In this document: positions 28,201 through 40,119 of the stretch, piece by piece | Layout: each line of letters begins with the position of its first letter | How positions within the stretch are numbered: position 1 is the stretch's first letter | Assembly: GCA_051294375.1 (NCBI GenBank) | Contig: JBJCIZ010000028.1 | Span: 744,437 to 808,436 of the forward strand | DNA length: 64,000 nucleotides | Reading direction: 5' to 3' | Origin: Paraspadella gotoi | Taxonomy: Eukaryota; Animalia; Chaetognatha | Notes under the pieces: model-generated | Databases searched by the model: none | What the model saw: the letters and a program-made list of their open reading frames with translations, nothing else | What the model was told of the DNA's origin: nothing | Translations under genes and position numbers: made by a program

Positions 28201-29513
28201 ATTTTGTTGAGCAATTTTCGTTCTCTCTCCTCGTCTAACTCTTCCGCGATCTTTGCAGCATTCTTACTCGATTTTCCTTCCTCCACAGAATCAAGGACAA
28301 GATCTTCGACGACGTTGAGCGAAAAGTGAAGCCGGTGGAGGATCCTTACTCTTACAAGAAGAGGCTCGTCAACGACGACGAGCAGAAGAGCAAACAGAGG
28401 TGGGTGTTTGTGGGGAAGGGGGGTGCTTGGCGGACTGAATGCGATGTTTGCTATGATTTGTTACTGAGTCCCTTTTTAGTCTGAAAAATTGCAACAACCC
28501 GGGCCGCCCGCGTGGCAGGCGAGCATTCTACCACTAAACATAAGGTCAACAATAATAATAATATTAATCCCCCCTAACTAACGAGTTTTACTATATCTTC
28601 TTTTACTTAGTCTTTCTCGATCCCATCCCCTACATCCCTCTCCAGTCTGGCCGAGGTCTACGAAGCAGAGTTTCTCAAGACGCGCTCGACCGAGGAAGAG
28701 AAGGAAAACCCCGCCCACGCCGAGGTCCGTCGCAAGATGGACGTCCTCTTCAAGCAGCTCGACGCCCTCTCCAACTTTCACTTCGCGCCAAAACCCGCCG
28801 CCCCGGAAATTACGGTAGGCGGCGTTGTGGATGGCGCTGTTTGTTGTAGGGTGCCGATGTGGATAGTATTGCAGTATTGTTTTGATTAATGAATAGCAAC
28901 GAAAGGTGAAACGAATAATACTTTTTTTCAATTGTATAATTAAGAGTTTTCATCGTTAAACTTAAGTTTCATCTATTGTTTCCTTAAGATCGTTTCCAAC
29001 ATGCCCACGATATCTATGGAGGAAGCGACGCCCGTCGCGGCCGCGGATTCGGAAACGCTCGCGCCCGAAGAGATCGGAGCTAAAGCCAAGGTTTGGCGAT
29101 TGATTTGATAAAATGTACTTTTTTGTATGTTGTCAGTTTAGTTTATTTTCAACGTTGTAAAATGGATTAATTTGTAAAAGGGTCTCCCCGTCGGTCACGA
29201 CGAACGCGACGTCACCGACAAAAAACGCGACTTGAGGAAGAAGAAGCGACGACAGAGAGAGAAGAAGCAGCAGAGGGAGACGACGACGACCATCGCCGCC
29301 GAAAAACAATCCGGCGCCAAAGACGCCGTCAAAAATTCCAAGAAATCCTCCAAACGCGGCGCCGGCGCCGTCGACGAATCCGGTCGAAAGAGTTTGAAGA
29401 GTTCGAAGGCGTTCTTCGACACCCTCCAGACCCGAGTGGACGACGGTCTCGAGGCGAAGAAGAAAAAGAAGAAAGCGGGAGATCGAGCGTCGGCGAAGAA
29501 ACTCAAACTGTGA
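25275..29513 (+). CDS. MPHOSPH10: U3 snoRNP protein MPP10
   Basis: DEQIWQEIEL, SIVDDEFFRLEEM, WQLRGEV..RPENSLLEEHLDFD, RIKDKIFDDVERK, LDALSNFHFAPKP, SSKAFFDTLQ, terminal AKKLKL. Confidence 0.95.
25781..25912. mobile_element. 132-bp MITE with 18-bp TIRs and 4-bp TSD
   Basis: tgaggcgaattaccaccg ... cggtggtaagtcgcctca (1 mismatch); ctat on both flanks (25777-25780, 25913-25916). Confidence 0.8.
26735..27169 (+). mobile_element. GC-richer intronic insertion with degenerate tRNA-like A/B boxes
   Basis: TGGCTCAGGGG (~26908) and GTTCCATCC (~26944) followed by several hairpins; boundaries uncertain, no TSD found. Confidence 0.35.
28490..28539 (-). pseudogene. tRNA-Gly(GCC) fragment
   Basis: Minus strand agtggtagaatgctcgcctgccacgcgggcggcccgggtt matches invertebrate tRNA-Gly-GCC from D loop to T arm start; 5' acceptor strand and most of the T arm are missing. 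Confidence 0.85.
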
Positions 29514-29874
29514 TTCGATTCATTGGTGGATGAACAATTGAACATCGTTGTCTCCGTTTCCTTTGATTTTATTAGTTGACTTCCTCGTTATTATCCTCGT
29601 TTTCTCTTTGGATGCGAAGATGCAATCGACGTTTTAGCATTTCTAGGAAATGTATATCCAATCAATCATCGAAGCCGATTCGTGTCATTGGTTATTCTTT
29701 AAAAGACAAACTATTATTATTATTATTATTTAATTGTTACGTTTCAGTTGAAGGATTCCATTATAAGACAAACCCAGCCTTCGCTGGAAAGACTGGTTGG
29801 ATAAACGGGGTTTGTACGGAGCTGTATACTTTTGTCTTTGACACGTCGTCAAACCCGCCACCCTCACCACCACA

Positions 29875-32468
29875 ATGCCCGTCCTCATCGAAAGGCCCAA
29901 GATGACGCGAACGATGTACATGGCGTTGAAGCGTCACATCCTGCAGGAAGGAGAGAGAAAGAAGAAGGAGCAGCGGATGGAGGCCGACGCGGAGGCGGAG
30001 AGGCTGCGCAAGGAAAGGGAGGAGGCCAACCTGCGGCTGCGGCAGCAGCAACTCAAACAGGAGCAGGAGGACAACCTCACCATCGAGCAGCTGGCGACGC
30101 AGATCACCGAGCAGGAGAAGAGGCTGCAGCACTTGAAGGATCAGAAGCATCACCTTTTCACTCAGGTGAGGTTACCGCCGTGAATAAGTGTATTTACTAA
30201 TCAATGAAATACGGACTATACTACGTAACATGATTAATTATTATTATTATTATTACTATAAACGTTTCTCCCTTTCTTTCTTCCCTCCAGTTTAAAAACA
30301 TGCTTAACGTAGAGGATGAGACGCGAAAGCGGCAGGCGAAAGCCGCGGCGGCCGCAGCGGCCGCCGCGGCGGCGATTGCGACGGTCGACTGCGGGATCTC
30401 GTCCAGCGGCGGCGTCGTCCCTTCGTCGCGAGCCTACGGCGTCTACCCGCCCGAAGCGACCGGCCCCGTCGCCGAACCGGCTCATTTGCAACAGCAACAA
30501 CAGCCACATCAACGACACCAGCCGCCGTCGCATCATCACCTCTCTCAACATCAGCAGCCGCCGTCTCATCAGCAACCACAACAGCAGCATCTTCATCAAC
30601 ATCTTCAACTCTCTTCCCACCTGCAACTCTCCTCCTCCTCCTCTTCCGCTCATCATCCTCACCTCACTCTCCCTCACTCCTCGGCTTACAAAGTCACAGC
30701 CTCACCTTATCCCTTACCCCTCAAATCCTCCTCCACTTCCTCCTCCTCCTCCCACTCTTACCCGTCTCCTCGTTCCTCCGCCGTCGCTTCCGCCACGCCC
30801 ACTTACCCGTCGCTGCATCCCAAGAGCGCCAACTACGCCCAGTATTACGCGGCGTCGACGTCGGCGTCGTCGTCGGCCTTCCACGCACACCAATCCTTGA
30901 TCTCCTCTTCCTCTTTGCCGACTTCCTATGAGAGAGGGAGAGAGACGATTCGCGATCGGAGCGAACACCGCGGCGGCGGCGGCGGCGACTCCAGAATGGA
31001 CGGACGGTCCGAACCTCGGATGGAGGTTCGTCCGGACTCTACGCGCTCGGACGGACGCGACGTCCGCATGGACGGACGAGGGGATTTGAGAATGGATTCG
31101 AGAATAGACTCGCGCGCCGACGCGAGGATCGACGCGCGTACGGATCTTCGAATGGACCCGCGAGCGGATTTGCGCGTGGATTCTCGGTCGGACTTGCGGA
31201 TGGACGGACGGATGGACTCGCGGCCGGACCTGAGAGCGGATTCGCGGATCGACTCTCGAACGGATCTACGAATGGACGCGAGGGTGGATTCGAGGACGGA
31301 TTTGCGAATGGACTCGCGGATGGACGGAAGAATGGACTCTCGCGGGGCTTTGGCCGTCGGGGTCACGGATCAACGAGGGTTCGATCCTTTGCGGTCGTCG
31401 GCCTCGGCGTTCTCCTCCTACGCCGCCGGCCACTTCGGTCCCGTGTCCGTCAAGGAGGCCAGGAAATCTCACTCCAGTGAGTGCGAGAGATGATTTAATC
31501 TCATTTACATATTGTAGCGTTAAACCTTAAAGGGTTCATTTTCGATTGATACGTATTAGTCATGGTTTTGGGTTTTCAACAATTAGTTTTTAGCAGTAGT
31601 TTTTTTTTTTTCTAGGCTTTTATGTGAATTGTGAAATCATTATTAAGCCTATAAAAAAATGGGACTTGGTGAGATTGTAAGTGAGATTGTAAGCCAATCT
31701 GTCTTGGAAGAATGAAATCTTTTGTGGAATGACTCATATTGTTATTTTGATAATTAATAACAAAAAAACTAATCTGATAGTGTTCTTGTTTTCAATCAGG
31801 CGGCTCCGTGGTTACGATGTCCGGTATGCCGAAACACTCCTCTTCACTTTCTGAACCACCTTACCTGAAACCGGGTTACGGCGATCCCGGAAAAGGTAAG
31901 TACTTTGTATTCTAGAAACCGCTGCGGAGGAAAGGCTGCGGAGGGATTTGGTCCCTTTGCATGAATTTTGATTCATTGCTTACGTTGAAGTTTAAGTCTT
32001 CATAGTTTCATCTTCTTTTTAGTTAAAATTCTTATATCTCATCGTAATATTTATCGCCGACTCTACAAAAGACAAAACTAAGAATTTCCATGTTGAAGAC
32101 ACTGAAAAGTATTTTTGTTGTGCAATATACGTAACTGAAGTAGATCAACAAGTAATCAAAAATTTACTTTCAATTTTACTATTTTATAATTTATACTAAT
32201 TTCATCTTTTCTTTCTCTTTCCCGATCCTCCTCAACCAGGCGGCCCGCCCCCTCACCTCATCCCTCGCGTCCTTCCCCACATCTCGTCCTCAACGTCGTC
32301 GCCGTCGTCGTCGTCGTCGCTGCGCCCCTCGTCTTCTCGCCAAATGCTGCAGCAGCCTCAACCCGGCGTCGGCAGCGGCGGAGCCGTGGGGCCCGCCCGC
32401 CGCTCGGCTACGCGCAGACCAAGCACGCCGCCAGCCAGAGACCGACCTTCAATCCCGGATATCGTTGA
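29875..32468 (+). CDS. GPS2: G protein pathway suppressor 2-like (4 exons)
   Basis: MPVLIERPKM..ALKRHI..KHHLFTQFKNMLNVEDE matches the GPS2 coiled coil. Exons 29875-30165, 30291-31477, 31800-31894, 32240-end. Stop is 32484 as sequenced, or 32468 if there is an indel near 32395. Confidence 0.85.
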
Positions 32469-34442
32469 GAGGAAGCGGGATTGACGGCGAAAACGATCTT
32501 CCCCCCCCCCCAAACATTTCTATGCAAAAGACGTCAAGTCATCGGAATTCCATCCCCCCCCAACCCTCGTGGCATTTTACGTACTTTTTTACTATTGCAG
32601 TATCTCTTTTTGCTTTTTAATACGGCACCTCCGTAGTATCGCTGCAACAAACAAATTCACATACGAACAAGGCCATAGTCATGTTCGTCGAATACGTTTT
32701 GTTTTCTTTTATCGGCTGCTTTTTGGTTTGTGTTGTTGTTGTTACTGTGTGTTGTTTATGTTGCCATACGCCATATTTGTTGTTGTTGTTGTTACGGTGT
32801 TTTGTTTATGTTGCCATATTTGTTTTTTTTTTTTTTTGACAATTCATACGTCACTTCCTCCTGTCATTTTTCAAGTTGTAACGCGCATCGACATGTTTTC
32901 GTCGTTGTTCAGAAATTTTAAACTTAAAATCAACTCATATAACTCTATCCCATGCAATAGTAATTATCTGAACTATGATTCTCGGTCTTTGTAAGCGAAA
33001 CGTTTGAAAAGAAGAGAGAAACCGTGGAATTCAAGTTTCTCTCATGGCCGAGGAGAGAAGAAAGTTGGAATGGAAGAGACTCGGAGAAGTTCGCGTTCGA
33101 GACCAAAGCCTCGAGCTTTTCCGGGAAATACCGAGCGATCGTAAAAATGATGGTAAATCTCCATTGTTTTAGTAATGAATCACTTTTTTGACGGCTTTTA
33201 GACCGTCTGGTCTTATTCCCGAACTTTCCACATAACTGCGCTCTGTCTCCAAATTTTAAACGTTTCTGTGTCATATCGTATTTCCCTCCCCCTTTCCCTT
33301 GACCTCCATCTCCCCAACGTTTGGTATGAAATCTCCCACATTTTCTCGCATTTAGATCTTTTAAATTTCACGATGTATTTCAATGTTGTTTTTTTTTCTT
33401 TGTTTCTCTGGAGGCTATTTCTTTCTCAGTGGTTTTTTTTAAATTTCACCACTTTGATTTTTAGATTTTAAAACTAATTGTCTCCCAATATTCATTAGAA
33501 GGCGGCCTGTTTTGGCCGCTTTTTCGTTTCCAACTTTTTTTTTTTTTTTTTGCATAGCGAAAAATATGCCAATGTTTTTTTTTTCCTGTTTTTGAATGAT
33601 ACTTTAATAATAATTTTTTTCAAAGTTTAACCAGCGCTAAAGAAAAACACTTTTTTTTCCCTTCATTTTCATACTGCTTTTTTTTTTTACTGAAAACCAA
33701 TTCGAAACGCCAAGCCTCTCGTTTAATGTTTTAAAAACCCGTGTTTTTTCCCCTCTTCTCTTTTCTCTTTCAGTCGTTATTTGTTTTGTTTTTATTTTTT
33801 CTCCTTCTCGCTCCAACTTCAAAACTGGAAGAAAACCATTTCCTCGTTTTCGAGTTTCAACTTCATCAATTTCCTCCTCCGGTTTTTATGAACTTCCGTT
33901 TCTCAGGTATTTCATTTCTCCTCGACGGAGCGCTCGCGGTTTTCTCGAGCTCTCCCGACCCCCTGCTACATGGCTTCTATTTTTAACGTTTAAAAATAGT
34001 TTAAAAAACTTAAAAAACCGAACGGGGTTTGGGCGTCCGTTAAAGAAACATTTAAAAAGATTTATTTAAAAAAATATATATTACCTAATTACCCCAAAAC
34101 GCTTTTAGAAATAATAGTTGCGGCGCGTAAAATTCTTTTGACAAGACTTGTATTCCTTTGTTCAGTCTTTCCTCTTTATTGCAAAAACCCCTGTCTTTAC
34201 TTCTGTTAACTCTATTTCCTTTTCCGCGAGACTTTTCCCTCAGTCGCCATCCCTTCTTCCTCCTTTTCATTATCCTTCAATCTTCTCCAATATCGTTCAC
34301 AATCTTTCCTCCAATCATCGTTCACATCTTTCTCCAATCATCGTTCGCATCTCTCTTCTCTACCCCAGCATCTGCTTCCAACCTGACCTCCACGCCCCTC
34401 GTCGACCTCGATCGAGTCGACGTCATCTTGCGACCGGAACAA

Positions 34443-37400
34443 ATGGAAGGCGACCTGATCGGAAATCATCTCGCAGGTTGGGATTCAATTTATATATCTT
34501 TGACTATATATATATATTTATATATGTACATATATGTAGAGGGAATCGGAGTCGTAGACAGGATTTCAGTTGTGAAGAGAATTGGTCGCTCACTCGGTAA
34601 AAGGAATCTTTAATTCTTTATGGAATATTGATTCTATATCGGTCCGCCTCGCCACGATCTATCGACTACCGCGAACAAAAGGGCGGACCGATATGAGAAT
34701 CGTCTCGAATGTCTGAAAACTGTTTGTTAATAGAATTATTTGGTAGTTCAGGAATTGCTTTGTTAATAGAATATTCTTGGAGATGGGAAATCAATTTTTA
34801 AAGAAAATTGTCTTGTCGTTCTTTTATCTATTTGTAAGGTAAATAGGTCTGTAGATCAGCAATCGAGTTATAAAGAGGTTTTGAATTGTTATAATAATTC
34901 TTATAATAACACTAAATTAGATTTAATTCATCAAACATGAAAAAGCATCGTACAAAACCAAAATAGGCCTAAAATTCGAACCGAACAGGAAGCAATGGGT
35001 CTTGAAATAATTTACTACTCTATGCAAATGGAGTAAATGAATTCAATCTCATTTAATATTATCCTAAGAATCAATCTTTTCCTGAATCCCTGGTAGATCA
35101 GGGCCTGATTCATAAGATTCCACGTTGTAAATCGATATGTAAATATTTGTAAATATATATAATTATTTTGTAGGAGTTTTGTTTTAGCTGATATGTAATA
35201 CAGTATGAATAATTTACTTTTCTCCCTCAGCGTCCGGATCATCTTCCCTCTCGTACTCTGCACCCATCGCTACGGCTCAGCAGCAACATCCAGGTCGGTT
35301 CTCGTTGATGGGGAACGACTTTTTATTTCTTCTCCTTGTGTATCGTCCTCATGGTCGTGCCTTCATGGCCCCTTCCACCTCCTCATTCCCCCTCTTCCCA
35401 CTCCTCATTCCCCCTCTTCCCACTCCTCATTCCCCTCTTCCCACTCCTCATTCCCCCTCTTCCCACACCTCATTCCCCATCTTCCCACTCCTCATTCCCC
35501 CTCTTCCCACTCCTTATTCCCTCTTCTTCCCACACCTCATTCCCCCTCTTCCCACTCCTCATTCCCCCTCTTCCCACCCTCATTCCCCCTCTTCCCACAC
35601 CCTCATTCCCCCTCTTCCCACACCTCATTCCCCTCTTCCCACTCCTCATTCCCCTCTTCACCTCTATTCCCCTCTTTCCACACCTCATTCCCCATCTTCC
35701 CACACCTCATTTCCCACACACAGGATTCAAACGGCGGTCGCGATCCCAGCGACGACTTCGCGCTTCAACTCGGTCAACTCGCCGCGCCCAAACTCCCTAC
35801 CGTCAGAGGCCGACCGGGTCTCTCTACGACGAAGCCATGTCCTACACCGGCGGGTTTAGAGGGGAAGAGAGATAGAGGAGAAAGAGAGCTAGAGAGAGGG
35901 AAAGAGAGATAGGGAGAGAGATGGAAAGAGAGATAGTAAGAGAAAGGGAAAGAGAGATAGTGAGAGAGAGGGAAAGAGAGAGAGAGAGGGAAAAAGAGAT
36001 AGTGAGAGAGAGGGAAAAGATGTAGTCGGGCATTGCCTAGGTTCACCCCGCTATAAGCGACTCTTTCATTGTGACCGGTGCTCATTGAGTAAAGCCATCA
36101 GCTCATGACCACTAGGTACCCGGTTCAATCCCAACCCGGTACCTACCCTGCGGGAAGATGAGGACGGCCGTAAGCCGCCTTGGGGCGTGGCAAACCCCCA
36201 AGCCTGGTTCAAGCCAGGACCCGTTCCATGTCTGCTAGAGGGGTTTAGAGTTACGGATAGTCATCTTCTGCCACTTAGCGCCTTATCCACAGAGAGATAG
36301 AGAGAGAGAGGGAAAGAGAGATAGAGAGAGGGGGAGAGAGATGGAGGAAGAGGGAAAGAGAGATAAGAAGAAGAAAGAGAGGGAAAGAGAGGAAAAGAAT
36401 CTTTCACTCCAACCCTTTCGTTCAAATCAGGCCGATGATGTCCAACAACGGACCCTCTCGTCTCTCGCCGACCAACAACAACGAGACCAACGACGTCTTC
36501 AAGAAAGACGTGATGATCCGAGCGGCGGCGACGGAATAGACGGTGAGAGAACATTGTCGTTTTGTTGTCGTTTATATCATCGTTGTTTTCGTCGTCTTTG
36601 TTTTTATTGAAGAGGCGGAAATATTGTTTACGAGTTAGTGACTGAACCTTTGATTAGGCAGTCCCTGAGCTTCGGATCAGGTTGTTAACCGTGTTTAAGG
36701 CGGGTTAAGCGGGTTAGAACCCAGGACCTTTAGGTTGGGAGGCGTATGACTTGCCTCCCGCACCAATGGTCGCTGATGAATGTTGGTGGATTTTATTACA
36801 TTACCGTCATTTTTATCGTCGTCGTCGCTTCCATCATCCAAAGGCCCCACCCGCGTGGTCCACATCCGCAACGTGGCCAACACCGTGGCCGAGATGGAGA
36901 TCATCCAACTGGCGTTGCCCTTCGGCAAAGTCACCAACGTTCTCCTCCTCAAGAACAAGAGTCAGGCCTTTCTCGAGTTCGCCGACGTCCAGGCCGCCGT
37001 CACCATGGTCAACTTTTACAATTCGGAGAGCGTTCAGCCCACGCTGGGGGTGAGTCGAGGGGCGGGGACTTAATTATACTCTAGATTGTCGGAGGTTCAG
37101 GGACTGGGGTGGGAATAGGAAGATGTGTTGAGAAAAGAGAGTATCGATGTGCCTGAAGCGGGGGAGCGCGTCGTAGGTCTTCCAAGCCTCTTGCACCATG
37201 CGTTAGATACCATCGGGAGATGCAGTCGGCGAGTTATGGCTGCTGTAGTGACTAACCACCAGAGAAAAGTCCCCTCATTACTATGTGTGAATCTTCGAGT
37301 TCGTTGTTTGTATATTATACAAACAACGATCTCCAAGATTATGTATATATTAAACCGAAGAGTTCTTCATTCATTGGCATACATTTACTTACATTTACAT

Positions 37401-39350
37401 ACATTTACATTTAAAAAAGCGCATCTGCGAACGGACATCATTCATAGTTTTCCCCTTTTTCCAATGTATCATATTGCATTCAGGTCGAGCCGTCTTCATA
37501 CAACACTCTCAGCACAAGGAGCTCCACACGTCCGGAACTCACTCCAACGCCAACGCGCCAGACTCAGGCGGCCATCCAGGCCGCGCAGGCAGTCGCCGGC
37601 GGCGGATCCGGCAAAGGGGAGAAAGTCGGCAACGATCCATCGCCGGGTACGAATCATTGATATAGTTAAAATAATTCATCTTCATATTTAATTCATCAAA
37701 TTTCCCCTCTTCATTCAGTCCTCCGCTGTGATCGTAGAGAACATGCTGTACCCCATCACCCTCGAGACTCTGCTGTTTGATCTTCAAAAAGTACGGACCG
37801 ATCCAGAAGATCGTCACCTTCACGAAGAACAACACCTTCCAGTCGCTCATCAGTACGAGACGTCAAGAGCGCCGAGGTGGCCAAGGTCGCCCTCAACGGA
37901 CAGAACATTTACAACGGGTGAGAAGGCCAATGTTGTAAACTTTTTTAATTTAGTAAATTAGTAATTATAATTTAGTAATTTACCAACAGTAAGACGTATT
38001 AAAGATTCAGCTAATCTGAAAGCCGCTAGTTTTCTAACTCTCAAGGGATATTGCTTAATTGTGTTCGTTCATAATGTTAGAAAAAACCAGATACGATCGA
38101 CATATGTATTCCATATGAAATTGAATTGAGCGCTGATATTTTAATCTTTATGTTGGTTATCACTACGTGTATGCCCTCGACCATCTTTGACACAAAAAAC
38201 CTCCACTCTTTCGTACCAGCTGTTGCCATCTCCGCGTCGATTTTTCCAAGATGACGAACCTCAGCGTGAAGTTCAACAACGACAAGAGTCGCGACTTCAC
38301 GAATCCCTCGCTTCCGACGGGCGATATGCCCGTCTCGGCGCCGGGCGCGGTCGCCGGCGGCGGCGGGCCAAAGAACGGGCCGGGGATTCTGGCGCCTAGT
38401 CCCTTTTCTTTTCGCCAGGGTGGAGAGTTTGGATTTGAAATAAAATAAACCCAAAGATAAAAAAAAAAAAAAATTATTAACTTCTTTTCGTCCCCAGTTA
38501 CGGCGGTCCCAAAATGGATGCCTCCAACGGGCCCTCCTCCCAATTTCGGCCCCAACATGAAAGGCGGTTTCCCGCCTGGACCCCCGAACAGCCTTCATAG
38601 CGGCGGCCCCGGCGCGGGCCCCCTCGGCCGCGGCCCGCCGGTCCTCCGCAGCCGCCCCTGAATCCCCAATTGGCGGCGCTCATCCAATCCCTGGCCGCTC
38701 TCTCCGGCAACCCGCAACAGGCGGCGCCTGCTGACCTCACTGGGTCTGGGCGGCTTGCCGAGCGGAAACGCCGGGGCAATAATCCCGCCGCCGCCGCGGC
38801 GCAGGCCACGCTTCTGGCGCGTCTGGCCGGGCTGCAGGGCAACCCTATGGCCGGGATTCGGCGCCGCCGCGGCCGCCGCTGTGTCCCGCGCGGGCGACGG
38901 GCGGCTCCGGCTCCGTGCTGCTCGTCTCCAATCTTCCCGAAGGATCCCTGACGCCCGAAGATCTCTTTACACTCTTCGGCGTCTACGGAGACGTCGTCCG
39001 CCGTCAAGATTCTCTACAACAAGAAGGACAACCCTCATTCAGATGGCCGACGCCACGCAGGTGGAGGGAAAGGGCAGTGATGCCGAGTTTGTCGTCAGGA
39101 CAATGCTTAATTTTTTTAACGTTTGTGTTCAATTAATTATAAAAAAAAAAATACCGTCAAATCCATTTTCATTTTCCTCAGGCCCTCCAAGCGACTCAAT
39201 TTCTGGACAAGATCAAGTTGTGACGGAAAGCCGATCGAGTCACGCCTCCAAACACACGACGGTGCAGATGGCCGAAGGAGGCGCGCCGGATGGAGGCCTC
39301 ACCAAGGACTTTTCCAACTCTCTCCCTTCATCGCTTCAAGAAACCGGGTA
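34443..39350 (+). CDS. PTBP: Polypyrimidine tract-binding protein, copy A (5' exons plus RRM1-3, many single-base indels, lacks last exon)
   Basis: [49 protein letters not shown]. Start codon and first exons uncertain. Confidence 0.75.
35375..35720. repeat. ~20-bp C-rich minisatellite (ctcattccccctcttcccac) at PTBP intron 3' end
   Basis: More than 15 degenerate copies. Confidence 0.9.
36021..36291 (+). mobile_element. 271-bp TGT..ACA insertion with internal tRNA-like head, absent from PTBP copy B
   Basis: Empty site in the AG tract near 40025; B box GGTTCAATCC at ~36122; multiple hairpins. Confidence 0.75.
36657..36785 (-). mobile_element. tRNA-derived SINE (family 1), internally shortened
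   Basis: Homologous to 40401-40530 and 56010-56172; minus strand TGGTGCGGGAGG A-box-like and GGTTCTAACCC B-box-like. Confidence 0.75.
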
Positions 39351-39736
39351 AGTAAATCGGGGCTGGGTGAAATTCGAGCGGGGTAGTTGTGCTTTTTGGC
39401 AAAAACTTGTTGCTAACATCGAGACGGTTTCAATTTTATTGTCACTTCTTTTAACCCAGTTTTTGTAGGAAATTTTTCAAATCCGTGATAATGTTTGCGA
39501 CGGTGCCACTTTGCTTGAACCTCTCGTTATTAATTTTTCCCACGGTATTTGTTGAGTTAACTTCGCAGAATTATTGAAAGAAAGAATTCATGTCCTATGC
39601 AGTATGCAAATGAGTTTTTAGGGATTTTTTTTTAAATAATATTTTTTTTTTAAATAAAAAAGGCAGTATTCATGGAATCAGGTATCTCTCTCTTTTTTNN
39701 NNNNNNNNNNNNNNNNNNNNNNNTTCCCACACACAG

Positions 39737-40087
39737 GATTCAAACGCGGTCGCGATCCCAGCGACGACTTCGCGCTTCAACTCGGTCAACTCGCCGCGCC
39801 CAAACTCCCTACCGTCAAGAGGCCGACCGGGTCTCTCTACGACGAAGCCATGTCCTACACCGGCGGGTTAGAGGGAGGAGGAGGAAGAGAGCTAGAAGAG
39901 AGGGAAAGAGAGCTAGAGAGAGGGAAAGAGAGCTAGAGAGAGGGAAGAGAGCTAGAGAGAGGGAAAGAGAGCTAGAGAGAGGAAAGAGAGTAGAGAGAGA
40001 GAAAGAGAGATAGTGAGAGAGAGGGAAGAGAGATAGAGAGAGAGATAGAGGGAGAGAGGGAAAGAAGATAGAGAGAGAGAGAGGGAT

Positions 40088-40119
<32 letters not shown>

